Origin: an uncultured delta proteobacterium
GTDB lineage: Bacteria > Myxococcota_A > Polyangia > Haliangiales > Haliangiaceae
Direction of reading: 5' to 3'
Length of the DNA stretch: 64,000 nt
NCBI GenBank assembly: GCA_963848295.1
Contig: CAWKDB010000010.1
Location: 4,032,001-4,096,000, forward strand
The position numbers and the translations under genes were made by a program. Under the pieces are notes generated by a model. It searched no databases and was not told the origin of the DNA. It saw only the letters and a program-made list of their open reading frames with translations. Positions 9,766-19,548 of the stretch are shown here, piece by piece; within the stretch, counting starts at the first letter, position 1; each line of letters begins with the position of its first letter.

Positions 9766-10824
9766 ATGTTTCGACCCCTCGCCGTCCTGACCGCCGCCTC
9801 GATCGCTTTGCTATCCGCGCCGCGCTCTGCCGCAGCGTTCGACACGTGGTGGCACGCGGAATGTACGCGCAAGGCGATGGAGGCGAACGGCTTCAACGCC
9901 GACTCGCGCCTCGTCACCCAGTTCGAGAACTACCTCACCGACGTGTTTCCCGGCGTCAATATCGCGCAGGAGTGGCAGCAGGACCACAAGGTGGACGTGC
10001 TCAACCTGCCCGCCGACGCATCGTACGAATGGATGCACTTCGACGCGGTGTTCACGACGAAGGACGTGATCGCGAACTGGGACCGGCTGCGCAAGAATAC
10101 GATCGCGGCGCTGCAGCATTGGTCGGCCGACAAGTCGCTGACCGGGAACCTGCGCCGCGTCGTGTTGCTCAGCATCGTCGGCGCGAGCTTGCACACGGTG
10201 CAAGATTTCTATTCGCACTCGAATTGGGTCAACTACTGGGCCGGCCAGGGCAAGCCCGTCCCGCTGTGGTTCGATGTCGATCCGAAGGACCTCGCGGGTA
10301 TCGATATCCACAGCGGCGCCTATCCCGACGGCTCGGCCAAGGGCCACGAGAACCACCGCGATCTGAACAAGGATAGCTCGGTGCGCAAGCTCAACGTGCC
10401 GGCGGTCGAGGCCGCGACGCGCGCATCGATCGCGTGGGTCAAGATGTTGATGGCCGCGGTGCCGGAGGCGGGTTGGGCGGACCTCCAGAGCATGGACGTG
10501 CACGGCGATCCGGTGCTCAAGCCGTTCCTGATGGAGCTCGACTCGACGTTTCTCACCTCGAGCTCGATCGTCGCGCATCACTTCGATGGCGTGCAGCCGG
10601 TGAAGCACGTGTTCAATTCCGATCCAGACACCGAGGTGCATCAGGCCTACGCGGCCCTCGGCTTGACCGTCGGCCGCTACGCGCCGTACCTCGCGCAAGC
10701 GAAGAATCCGTTCCACTTGCCATCGCCGTTCTGGGCCGGCCACATGGAGTGGCACATCACGCACGAGCTCGCGGACGGCCTGATGTTGGCGGGTAAGATC
10801 TACAACGTGCCGCATGGTCCGTAA
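9766..10824 (+). CDS. secreted Het-C/VWA7-like (Zn-dependent phospholipase C/P1-fold) protein
   Basis: Signal peptide then FDTWWH; MHFD; LHTVQDFYSHSNW; LNKD. Confidence 0.65.
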   Translation: MFRPLAVLTAASIALLSAPRSAAAFDTWWHAECTRKAMEANGFNADSRLVTQFENYLTDVFPGVNIAQEWQQDHKVDVLNLPADASYEWMHFDAVFTTKDVIANWDRLRKNTIAALQHWSADKSLTGNLRRVVLLSIVGASLHTVQDFYSHSNWVNYWAGQGKPVPLWFDVDPKDLAGIDIHSGAYPDGSAKGHENHRDLNKDSSVRKLNVPAVEAATRASIAWVKMLMAAVPEAGWADLQSMDVHGDPVLKPFLMELDSTFLTSSSIVAHHFDGVQPVKHVFNSDPDTEVHQAYAALGLTVGRYAPYLAQAKNPFHLPSPFWAGHMEWHITHELADGLMLAGKIYNVPHGP

Positions 10825-11602
10825 CGTTCGCGTGGGGGAGCTCACGATCGCGAGCCACGAGCAGGGCGCCGGCGATCCTGTGCTGCTCGTCCATAGCGGC
10901 GGGTTCTCGTCGCGGCAGTGGAAGCGGCTCGCCGCGCTGCTCGCGCCGACCCATCACGTGCTCGCGCCCGATCTGATCGGCTACGGAGAATCGAGCCCGT
11001 GGCCGGCGGATCGGCCGTTTCATTTCTCGCGCGATCTCGACGCGCTCGCCGAGGTGCTCGCCGGCTTGCCGCCGGCGCATGTCGTCGGGCACTCGTACGG
11101 CGGGTTTCTCGCGCTGCTGCTCGCGCTGCGGGCTCCGGCTGCGGTTCGTTCGCTCGCGGTCTACGACCCGGTCGCGTTCGGCATCCTCGACGAGCCGGCC
11201 GATCGCGATGCGCGGGCAGCGCTTTACCTCCCGGCGCCGACCTACACCGGGGAGCCGTGGCTCGCCGCGTTCGTCGATTGGTGGAACGGCCCGGGTGCGT
11301 GGCAACACCTCGCTGCGGAGGCGAAGGCGGCATTCTTCGCCGCCGGGCCGAAGCTGTACGGTGAGGTGATGTCACTGACCGCGGACCACACCGATCGCGC
11401 CGGCTACGCGAAAATCTCGCAGCCGACGTTGTTGTTCGGCGGTGAACGCACGCCCGCGACCGAGCACCGGGTCGTCGAAAAGCTCGGCCGCACGCTGCCG
11501 AACGTCGAGTTGCACTGGCTCGAGGGCGCCGGTCACATGGGACCGATCACGCACGGGGCGATCGTCAACGCCGCGATCGCCGCGCACATTCGCGCGCATT
11601 AG
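10814..11602 (+). CDS. alpha/beta hydrolase
   Basis: PDLIGYG, GHSYGG nucleophile elbow, GAGH. Confidence 0.9.
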   Translation: MVRNVRVGELTIASHEQGAGDPVLLVHSGGFSSRQWKRLAALLAPTHHVLAPDLIGYGESSPWPADRPFHFSRDLDALAEVLAGLPPAHVVGHSYGGFLALLLALRAPAAVRSLAVYDPVAFGILDEPADRDARAALYLPAPTYTGEPWLAAFVDWWNGPGAWQHLAAEAKAAFFAAGPKLYGEVMSLTADHTDRAGYAKISQPTLLFGGERTPATEHRVVEKLGRTLPNVELHWLEGAGHMGPITHGAIVNAAIAAHIRAH

Positions 11603-11683
11603 TACCCGGCGCGGTGTGAGCGCGTGGGCGATGCACCGCCGGGCTGGACGGAATCGCAAAATCACGTGACAGTAGACTCAGGG

Positions 11684-13009
11684 ATGCAACCGGGCGACCT
11701 GATCGACGGTTCCAACGGGCGCTACGAGATCCAGCAGAGGATCGTTCGTGGTCAGCTCAGCTCGGTCTATCGCGCGCGCGACCTGATCACCGGCGACTCG
11801 GTCGCGGTCAAGGCGACGCGCAAAGGCGCCGACGATAACATCGCCGAACGCCTCCGCCTCGAGTGCTCGGTGCTGAGCAAGCTCGATCACCCGAACATCG
11901 CCAAGTTCTATGACTTCTCCGAAGACGCGACGAATTGCTACCTGGTCGAGCGCTGGATCGACGGCCCCAGCCTGCGCCGTACGCTCAACACCAACGGGTT
12001 GACGTTGCCAGAGGCGGTGAAGATGGGGCTTCAAGTCGCCAGCGCACTCGGCGCCGCGCACGAGCAAGGCGTGATCCATCGCGACATCAAGCCGGAGAAT
12101 CTGCTGTGGTCCGGCAGCGAATGGATCGTGATCGACTACGGGCTCGCGCGTGTGCTCGGCGAGCAGTTTCACGTCACGCGCACCGGCGCGGTGCTAGGCA
12201 CGCTCGGCTACATGGCGCCGGAGCAAGCGTGTGCGCTGCGCGATGTCGATCTGCGCGCCGACGTGTTCGCGTTCGGCTGCATCTTGTACGAGACGATCTG
12301 CGGTCAGCTCGCGTTCTCGGGCGACAGCCGGCTCGCGATCGAGGCGAAGTTGCTCGTCGTCGATCCGACGCCGATCAGCGAGCTCGTCCCCGAGGTACCG
12401 GCGCCTTTGGCCGAGCTCGTGATGAGCTGCCTGTGCAAAGCCGCGGCCGGCCGGCCCGCGAACGGCGGCGAGATCGAATACGCGCTCGCCGAGATCGCCG
12501 CAGGCCCGATACCGGCGTTACCCGGACGCAAGGTCGAGCGCGCGGAGTTGCCCACGATCCAGGACGAGAACGCGCCGATCGTTTCGGTCGTCGTTACGGC
12601 GCCGATGGCCGAGGTCACACCGACGAGCCTGAGCGAGTGGGAGCTGCGCGTGCGGACGATCCTCGGCCCGTTCGGCGGCGAGCCGATGGTGCTGCAGACC
12701 GGTGCGGTGCTGTTCGTCGCGCCGGCGCGGCTGAGCCCGAGCACCGACACCGCCGCCGCGGCCGCGCTCGCGTTGCAAGATCAGGCGCCCGAGACGCCGA
12801 TCGCGATCGCGTCGGCGCGCGGCTCCGACCACATGGCGCCATCGCTCGAGGTCGTCGGCGCGCAACTCGAGCGCAGCGCACTCGAGAATCTGTTCATGGA
12901 CCATGCGTCCAGCAACATCCGACTCGATCTTCTCACCGCCGGGCATCTCGGCAGTCAGTTCGAGATCATCACGATCGACGACGTCTGCTACCTCAGCGGC
13001 TGGCGTTAG
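11684..13009 (+). CDS. Hanks-type Ser/Thr kinase with degenerate cyclase-like C-terminal domain
   Basis: VAVK, HRDIKPEN, DYG, GTLGYMAPEQ. Confidence 0.85.
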   Translation: MQPGDLIDGSNGRYEIQQRIVRGQLSSVYRARDLITGDSVAVKATRKGADDNIAERLRLECSVLSKLDHPNIAKFYDFSEDATNCYLVERWIDGPSLRRTLNTNGLTLPEAVKMGLQVASALGAAHEQGVIHRDIKPENLLWSGSEWIVIDYGLARVLGEQFHVTRTGAVLGTLGYMAPEQACALRDVDLRADVFAFGCILYETICGQLAFSGDSRLAIEAKLLVVDPTPISELVPEVPAPLAELVMSCLCKAAAGRPANGGEIEYALAEIAAGPIPALPGRKVERAELPTIQDENAPIVSVVVTAPMAEVTPTSLSEWELRVRTILGPFGGEPMVLQTGAVLFVAPARLSPSTDTAAAAALALQDQAPETPIAIASARGSDHMAPSLEVVGAQLERSALENLFMDHASSNIRLDLLTAGHLGSQFEIITIDDVCYLSGWR

Positions 13010-13937
13010 GGCGGAGCTCGATACCGCCGCCCGGAGGGTCGCCGATCACGACCGCGCCGCGCCTCAGCTCGCGTCGCTCCTCGTCGTGCGGCAGCGGCTT
13101 CGTCGCGAGCCAGAGATCGCCCGGGCCGGGCTCGACGTTGTCACCCTGCTCGAGAGGTTGCGCCGTGCACCCGTCGTAGAGCATCCACAGGTCCGCGACC
13201 AGGTCCTTGTACCCGAACCGCGCGTAGACGACGAGCAGCCGCGGCGGCGATGCCGACACCCAATGAAAGCCGTACACCTGCTCGGTGCTGTCGTCGCCGG
13301 CGCTCAGCTCGGTGCGCCCGGTCGGCGACTCGCAGGCGAGCTTCTTGCCGGCGGCGGTCACGTGGTACCCCGCGGGCACGGCGTTCACCCACGGGTATTC
13401 GTACGCGTCCATCGGGTCCTCGCCGCCCTCGACCCACTGTTCTCCAGGCGGCCACAATCGGGCGCTCACGTGGCTCATGCATTGGAAGCCATCGTAGGGC
13501 CAACCCCACGTGCACTCCGACCACCAGGCGGTGCCCTCGTCGCCCACGATCAGGCCGTCGGCCGCGCCCTGCACCAGGTCGGTCGCTTCCGGCTGCGGGC
13601 TCGGTCGCGCGAACGCCGCGCGCGGCGGCACCGCGATGCTCGACGCGCCCTCGGGGGTGACCTGCACGACGCGACGGCCATCGAGCTCGACGATCAGGCG
13701 ATCGCGATCGACCCAGCCTCCGGTGATGACGTCGTCCGCCATCGCGGTGCTGCCGACGCGGGTCACCCGACCGCCGGCGAGCGAGAACGCGGTGATGTCC
13801 TTGCCGTCGAACGTCACGAGGTCGGCGGTCGCGAACCACGCGATCGCGGGCGGTCGCGGTGGGCGCGGCGGCACCACCGCGGTCGGATGACCGCAAGCGA
13901 CGACCAGCGACAAGGCAATCCAGCGCGTCACGGCCAT
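12993..13937 (-). CDS. hypothetical lipoprotein
   Basis: MAVTRWIALSLVVAC lipobox; host-like codon usage. Confidence 0.65.
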   Translation of the reverse strand: MAVTRWIALSLVVACGHPTAVVPPRPPRPPAIAWFATADLVTFDGKDITAFSLAGGRVTRVGSTAMADDVITGGWVDRDRLIVELDGRRVVQVTPEGASSIAVPPRAAFARPSPQPEATDLVQGAADGLIVGDEGTAWWSECTWGWPYDGFQCMSHVSARLWPPGEQWVEGGEDPMDAYEYPWVNAVPAGYHVTAAGKKLACESPTGRTELSAGDDSTEQVYGFHWVSASPPRLLVVYARFGYKDLVADLWMLYDGCTAQPLEQGDNVEPGPGDLWLATKPLPHDEERRELRRGAVVIGDPPGGGIELRPNASR

Positions 13938-13986
13938 CCCGATCGAACCACGAGCCCGGGCAAAGTATTCGCGCGCTATGGCGCGA

Positions 13987-14610
13987 TCACGGACACGCCA
14001 CGAGTTGCATACCTTGCGAGCAGATCCTGAGGTGAGCGCGCAACGCCACGTCATACGTCGCGAACGCCGCGAGCGCCTCGATGTTCGCCCGCTTCACGTA
14101 CAACGTGCCGACGACCGCGCCGATCAGCGCGCCGAGCGTGCCACCGCCGAGCGCGACGTAGCCGGGCGTCGTGATGCCCGCCTTGCGCAGCACCTGGCCG
14201 TTCGGCGCTTCGAGCACGGTCTGATAGCCGTTGAGCAAGTATACGACGATGCCCGCGGCGAGCGCGCCGAGCCCGCAGTAGAACGCGACGCGAGAGTCTA
14301 GGTGATGCGCGTGCGATGCGCGCGCCGCCTGGGCGGTCTCGCTGTCGGGATCGACGAGCGGCAGTAGATCCGCCGGGTCGTAGATCAGCGCGCCGTTCTT
14401 CAGGCGCAGCGAGCTCGACTCGTGGACCGAGACGAAGTTGTTCGAGATCGCCACCGCCGTGGTGGTCTGGCTGCCTTCGGGAGCGAGCTGGTTGTAGGCC
14501 GCCAGCCGCATCTCGGGCGGGTCGGTCGGCGGCGGCGCGCCGAGCGGTACGTTGACCATGCAAGACGTTGCCGCGGCGACAGCGACCGGCGCTAGCCACG
14601 ACGGCTTCAT
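13987..14610 (-). CDS. hypothetical lipoprotein with two C-terminal TM segments
   Basis: Signal ending ATSC; hydrophobic segments; TACAGT box 7 nt upstream. Confidence 0.65.
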   Translation of the reverse strand: MKPSWLAPVAVAAATSCMVNVPLGAPPPTDPPEMRLAAYNQLAPEGSQTTTAVAISNNFVSVHESSSLRLKNGALIYDPADLLPLVDPDSETAQAARASHAHHLDSRVAFYCGLGALAAGIVVYLLNGYQTVLEAPNGQVLRKAGITTPGYVALGGGTLGALIGAVVGTLYVKRANIEALAAFATYDVALRAHLRICSQGMQLVACP

Positions 14611-14660
14611 GCCCTACACTGTACCTGTAATGATCGCGATGGTCGCGACCTAACCCCGAG

Positions 14661-15215
14661 ATGCCGGTTCCTAGAATGTGTGGCTGCGGCGATTGGGTCG
14701 CCGGCCTCGCGCGCGACCATGCCGCGCGGCTCGCCTCGATCGCGCGTCGCGAAGGGCTGGGGTCGGCGGACGTGCTCGATATCGTCCAGGATGCGTTTCA
14801 CACGCTGCTCGCGCGACCCGACGTCGGCGCGCTGCGGGCGAGCGAGGCCGATGCCGCGCGCGTGCTGTCCACGATCGTACGCAACGCCGCGCGCAACGCT
14901 CGCCGCCGCCACCATCGCGCGCGCCCGCACATCGCGGTCGAGGATGCCGCGCTGGCGACCGCGGAGCCGAATCCGGCCGAGGCACTCGATCGCGCGGTCG
15001 TCGCGGCGCAGCTCGTCAGCTGCATGGCGGCGCTCGGCGACGTCCATCGCCACGTCGTCACGCTGCGCGTGCTCGAAGAGCTGTCCGGCGACGAGACCGC
15101 TCGCGAGCTCGGGCTGACGCCGGGGCACGTCGCGGTGCTGTTGCATCGCGCGCGCAAGGAGCTCGAGCGCTGCATGGGCCCCGAGCTCGACCGATCGATC
15201 GGCCGTCCGGCGTAA
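14661..15215 (+). CDS. ECF sigma factor
   Basis: DIVQDAF (sigma2); ETARELGLTPGHVAVLLHRAR (sigma4); alternative start 14676. Confidence 0.85.
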   Translation: MPVPRMCGCGDWVAGLARDHAARLASIARREGLGSADVLDIVQDAFHTLLARPDVGALRASEADAARVLSTIVRNAARNARRRHHRARPHIAVEDAALATAEPNPAEALDRAVVAAQLVSCMAALGDVHRHVVTLRVLEELSGDETARELGLTPGHVAVLLHRARKELERCMGPELDRSIGRPA

Positions 15216-15235
15216 CAAGGCTGGTCGACTCCGAG

Positions 15236-15574
15236 CTAGGGCGAAGCGATCGCGCGGTCACCGGCGATCGCGCGATCGATCATGCCGGCGATGAACGCGC
15301 GCGGCCTGCTGCCGACGGTGCGCCCGACCTCGCGACCGTCGCGGACGAGCACGAACGTCGGCATCGAGCGCACATCGAACCGCTGCGCGAGCACGAGCTC
15401 GTCCTCGACATCGACCGCGACGACGCGCAGACGACCGGCGTACTCGCGCTCGAGTGCGCCGATCACCGGGTCCATCGCGCGGCACGGCGGGCACCACTTC
15501 GCGGTGAAATCGACGAGCACGACGCCGGGTTGCGCGGTGACCGCCTCGAACGTCTCTTCATCGATGGTCTTCAC
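15236..15574 (-). CDS. thioredoxin
   Basis: VDFTAKWCPPC, VRSMPTF; GTG at 15574. Confidence 0.9.
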   Translation of the reverse strand: MKTIDEETFEAVTAQPGVVLVDFTAKWCPPCRAMDPVIGALEREYAGRLRVVAVDVEDELVLAQRFDVRSMPTFVLVRDGREVGRTVGSRPRAFIAGMIDRAIAGDRAIASP

Positions 15575-15654
15575 ACCCGTGTAGGTCTCGACCTCGGCGG
15601 GCATTACGATGTACGTCGCTGGCACCGCCGATGTGGACGCGTTAGCGTCGCTGC

Positions 15655-16764
15655 GTGAAGACCCGAGCCGCGATCGCGTTCGCTCCACGTCAACCGCTGC
15701 AGATCGAAGAGGTCGAGCTCGAAGGCCCGAAGCCCGGCGAGGTGCTCGTCGAGATCAGAGCGACCGGCATCTGCCACACCGACGAGTTCACGCGCTCCGG
15801 CGCGGATCCGGAAGGGCTGTTCCCGGTGATCTTCGGCCACGAAGGCGCGGGCGTCGTGCTCGAAGTCGGCGCGGGCGTGACGTCACTCGTCCCCGGCGAT
15901 CACGTGATCCCGCTCTACACACCGGAGTGCCGCGCGTGCAAGTCGTGTCTGTCGCGCAAGACCAACCTGTGCACGGCGATTCGCGCGACTCAAGGCAAGG
16001 GCGTCATGCCCGACGGCACGAGCCGGTTCTCGTTCAAGGGCCAACCGATCCATCACTACATGGGCTGCTCGACGTTCGCGAACCACACCGTGCTGCCCGA
16101 GATCGCGCTCGCGAAGGTGCGCAAGGACGCGCCGTTCGACAAGATCTGCTATGTCGGCTGCGGCGTGACGACCGGCCTCGGTGCGGTGCTGTGGACGGCG
16201 AAGGTCGAAGCCGGTGCGACGGTGGTCGTGTTCGGCCTCGGCGGGATCGGGCTCAACGTCGTGCAAGCGGCGCGGCTCGTCGGCGCGGCGCAGATCGTCG
16301 GCGTCGACATCAACCCGGCGCGCGAGGCGTTCGCGCGCGAGCTCGGCCTGACGCACTTCGTGAACCCGAAGGCCGTGCCGGGCGATCTCGTCGCGCACCT
16401 CGTCGAGCTCACCGGGGGCGGCGCCGACTACAGCTTCGAGTGCGTCGGTGACGTCAAGCTCATGCGGCAAGCGCTCGAGTGTTGCCACCGCGGTTGGGGC
16501 GTCAGCGTGATCATCGGCGTCGCCGGCTCGGGCCAAGAGATCGCGACGCGGCCGTTCCAGCTCGTGACCGGTCGGGTGTGGAAGGGCACCGCATTCGGCG
16601 GGGCGCGCGGGCGCAGCGACGTGCCGCGGATCATCGACTGGTACATGGACAAGCGCATCGAGATCGATCGGATGATCACGCACAAGCTGCCGCTCGAACG
16701 GATCAACGATGCGTTCGATCTGATGCACGCCGGATCGTCGATCCGCGCGGTCGTCGAGTTCTAG
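15655..16764 (+). CDS. frmA: S-(hydroxymethyl)glutathione dehydrogenase / class III alcohol dehydrogenase
   Basis: GICHTD, GHEGAG, CRACKSC...NLC, LECCHRGWG, TRPFQLVTGRVWKGTAFGG. Confidence 0.95.
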   Translation: MKTRAAIAFAPRQPLQIEEVELEGPKPGEVLVEIRATGICHTDEFTRSGADPEGLFPVIFGHEGAGVVLEVGAGVTSLVPGDHVIPLYTPECRACKSCLSRKTNLCTAIRATQGKGVMPDGTSRFSFKGQPIHHYMGCSTFANHTVLPEIALAKVRKDAPFDKICYVGCGVTTGLGAVLWTAKVEAGATVVVFGLGGIGLNVVQAARLVGAAQIVGVDINPAREAFARELGLTHFVNPKAVPGDLVAHLVELTGGGADYSFECVGDVKLMRQALECCHRGWGVSVIIGVAGSGQEIATRPFQLVTGRVWKGTAFGGARGRSDVPRIIDWYMDKRIEIDRMITHKLPLERINDAFDLMHAGSSIRAVVEF

Positions 16765-16770
16765 CGCGCA

Positions 16771-17817
16771 TCACGGCGCGGTGACGAGCAGCAGGCGATC
16801 GCGATCGAGCGTGCGGTTCGACTCGAGCACGACGAACTGACGGGCGTACGCGTGTCCTGCCCGCGGGGCGCTCACCGCCTGCCACACCCAGGCCGCGTCG
16901 TCGGACCACGCCTCTTGCGTCATCGTGCCGTCGGTCCCCGAGACGGCCACGAACGCGGCGCCATCGAGGATTCCGTACAGTCCGGCGTCGGTCGAACCCT
17001 CGGCCAGGACGAGCGAGGTCGTGCTCGCGAGCTCGCTGACGACATAGCTCGCGCCCGGCCCGACACGATCGAGCGCGACCGCGGTGTCGTCGGCATTCTC
17101 GATCGTCGCATACATCGCGTCGCCGATCACCGCGAGGTCATCGGCTGCACCCGGCAGGGATACGAGGGTCGTGGCGGCTTCAGACGCCGTCCTGCGCATC
17201 AGCTCGTCCTCGGAGTCCTCGACCTCATAGAGCGTGGCGACCGCCGTGGCGTCGAAGCTGCCGGTCGGGTCGAGCGCGATCGGGAACAGGTTGTTGAACC
17301 GCCCGTCGACCGTGTCGGACGCGTCGATCGTGATCGACCAATCGCTCGCGATCAGGTACAGGCCGTCGCCGCCGCCTAGCGAGGCCGACGACAGCCAGAG
17401 CCCGACCGCGCCCGCGCCGAGATCGGCGAACGTCGCGCGGGCTGGAGCATCGGGTCCGGTGGTGTCGGGAGTCGCCGGCCGGTAGTCGTGGACGACGAGG
17501 GCGCCCGCCGCGGTCAGTTCGATCAGCGATCGGCCGGCGAGCACCGCCACGCTGCCGGCAAAAGGCGGATACAGCGCGCAGACGTAGCGGGGGGCGTTGT
17601 CCAAGATCTCGCTGCCCCCATCGGTGAAGTCGGTCGCATCATAGGGCACCGCGCCGGTCAGCTCGACGAGCGGCGTGATCGCCCAGCCCGAGGCGGCGTG
17701 CAGGTGGGCATCGACATCGCCGGAACCCTCCGCGTCGGTGGTTCCCGCCTGGTGGAAGCCGAAGCGTCCGCACGCGGACAACGAGGCCGCCAAGATCACC
17801 GCGCGAACAGCGCACAC
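16771..17817 (-). CDS. hypothetical acidic lipoprotein (beta-rich)
   Basis: LSACGRFGF lipobox; GTG 17817 with TACGAT box 6 nt upstream. Confidence 0.65.
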   Translation of the reverse strand: MCAVRAVILAASLSACGRFGFHQAGTTDAEGSGDVDAHLHAASGWAITPLVELTGAVPYDATDFTDGGSEILDNAPRYVCALYPPFAGSVAVLAGRSLIELTAAGALVVHDYRPATPDTTGPDAPARATFADLGAGAVGLWLSSASLGGGDGLYLIASDWSITIDASDTVDGRFNNLFPIALDPTGSFDATAVATLYEVEDSEDELMRRTASEAATTLVSLPGAADDLAVIGDAMYATIENADDTAVALDRVGPGASYVVSELASTTSLVLAEGSTDAGLYGILDGAAFVAVSGTDGTMTQEAWSDDAAWVWQAVSAPRAGHAYARQFVVLESNRTLDRDRLLLVTAP

Positions 17818-17920
17818 TGCGCGATCGTAGCATCGCAGCCCGTAGACCACGGCATGAATGCCGGAACGTCGTTCGCGTCACGCGCGGTCGGCTGCCGGTC
17901 GAGCGACGGAGGGGGCGCGG

Positions 17921-18514
17921 TCACGGCCTGCTGACACGCGATGTCCCGGGCTGAGCCGGCGGCGAGTACGTGCAACCCGATTGAAAGCCATTCGCGCAAC
18001 CTACGGTGCACTCCCACTCGCCAGCCACGCACTGGCAGGCGGTCGTGGCACAAGTCGTACAGGCGCCCGTGGTCGGGCCCGACGGGCACGTGGCGAGACA
18101 GCCGAGCGGCAGCGGCTTGCCCGCGCACGAGTTATCGCCGCACTGGCTCGCGCAGCACGCGACGCTCGCGGCGTTGCAGTTCGCGGCGCAATACGGGCTC
18201 TGGTAGCAGGTCGGGTCGGCCGCGGTGCACGACACGCCAGCCGGGCCGCATGTCGTCGGTGGCGTGCATTCGCACGTCGGACACCCGTTGCGGACGAGCC
18301 GCGTCCAACCATCGGGGCAGCCGGTCGTCTCGCAGGTCGTGAGATCAGGACACGTCGTGCAGATCGTGCCGTCGCACAGCTCGGCGCCAGCCGTGCAGTT
18401 CGTGTCGTCGTCGCACGAGGAGCCTGGCCCGCCGCCGGTATCGATCACCAAGACGTTCGTGCGCACCGTGCACGCGGCGGTCGCGACGACGAAGATCCAT
18501 AGTGTGCGGATCAT
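17921..18514 (-). CDS. Cys-rich lipoprotein
   Basis: MIRTLWIFVVATAAC then dense Cys; ATG overlaps the upstream stop. Confidence 0.75.
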   Translation of the reverse strand: MIRTLWIFVVATAACTVRTNVLVIDTGGGPGSSCDDDTNCTAGAELCDGTICTTCPDLTTCETTGCPDGWTRLVRNGCPTCECTPPTTCGPAGVSCTAADPTCYQSPYCAANCNAASVACCASQCGDNSCAGKPLPLGCLATCPSGPTTGACTTCATTACQCVAGEWECTVGCANGFQSGCTYSPPAQPGTSRVSRP

Positions 18515-19545
18515 TGCCACCTCGCGCCGACGGATCCGGCGAACGTGAGCCCGGCGAGCTGGACCGCGTCGGCGCCGTTCGCCTTCGCGATCAGGCCTTC
18601 GGCCCAGCCGCCGTCGACCGCCGCGATCAACGACCAGCCGTCGAAGGCGTGGCTCCATTCGACCCCGAGCACGGCCTCGCCGTAGGCGGCCATCGCCGAG
18701 TGTGCGGTCGCTCCCGCGGTCGCCTCCGCGCTGACGCCGACGAGCCCACCCGCGATTCGCGCGAGCGTGCACAGCGCGTGACCGCACACGAGCTCGCGCG
18801 CGAGCGACGCGGTCGCGAGATAGGGCCGCATCGTGCCGAGCGCCTCCGAGCGTTGGCCGACCGCGCCCTCGATGCCGAGCCGGAACCGCGCGTACGAGAC
18901 CTCGGCGCCGACGTCGACGAGCGGGCGCGGCGTCGCGGGATAGACGCGAGCGCCGATGCGCGGCGAGATCGCCCACGTCTGATGCGACGGCGACACGTGC
19001 GCGACGAGCCCGCCGCCGCCGTCGAACGACTCGTGATCGCCGTCGGACGCTACTCTCTTCTTCTTCGGCTCGTCCTTCGCGGCGTCGGCCGGCGGCGGCT
19101 CCGGTTTCGCCTTCGGCTTCGGACTGGGACCGGGCGGCTCGGGAGGGTGCGTCTGCTCCGGTCTGACGATCGGCGGTGCCGAGCCGTCGGCGACCTCGAC
19201 GAGCTCGGCGATCGCGAGTGCGAGCAGCTTGACGCGCAGATCACCCGGGACCTCACCGAGGTTGAGATCGCGCTTGAGCGGGCCGTCGCCCGGCTCGGGA
19301 TCGATCACCGCGCTCGCAGTGACGAGATCGGGGCAGGTCACGACCACCGTGAAGTCACGGGTCGAGCTCGAAGTCGGCGAGAGCTCGTGAAGGATCGCGC
19401 GGCGCAGTGCGAGCTCGTCGAATGCGATACAGCGCGACAGATCGATGCGGGGCGTTGCAGATGCGGTCCCGGCGAGCGCTAGCATCACGGCGGCGACCAA
19501 CGCGGATCGCGGGCGCGTGCGGCAAAGCGCGAGGAGCTCGGTCAT
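18511..19545 (-). CDS. hypothetical exported protein with probable C-terminal beta-barrel
   Basis: Signal peptide, Pro-rich linker, amphipathic beta strands; operonic with FecR/ECF. Confidence 0.6.
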   Translation of the reverse strand: MTELLALCRTRPRSALVAAVMLALAGTASATPRIDLSRCIAFDELALRRAILHELSPTSSSTRDFTVVVTCPDLVTASAVIDPEPGDGPLKRDLNLGEVPGDLRVKLLALAIAELVEVADGSAPPIVRPEQTHPPEPPGPSPKPKAKPEPPPADAAKDEPKKKRVASDGDHESFDGGGGLVAHVSPSHQTWAISPRIGARVYPATPRPLVDVGAEVSYARFRLGIEGAVGQRSEALGTMRPYLATASLARELVCGHALCTLARIAGGLVGVSAEATAGATAHSAMAAYGEAVLGVEWSHAFDGWSLIAAVDGGWAEGLIAKANGADAVQLAGLTFAGSVGARWQ

Positions 19546-19548
19546 TCC

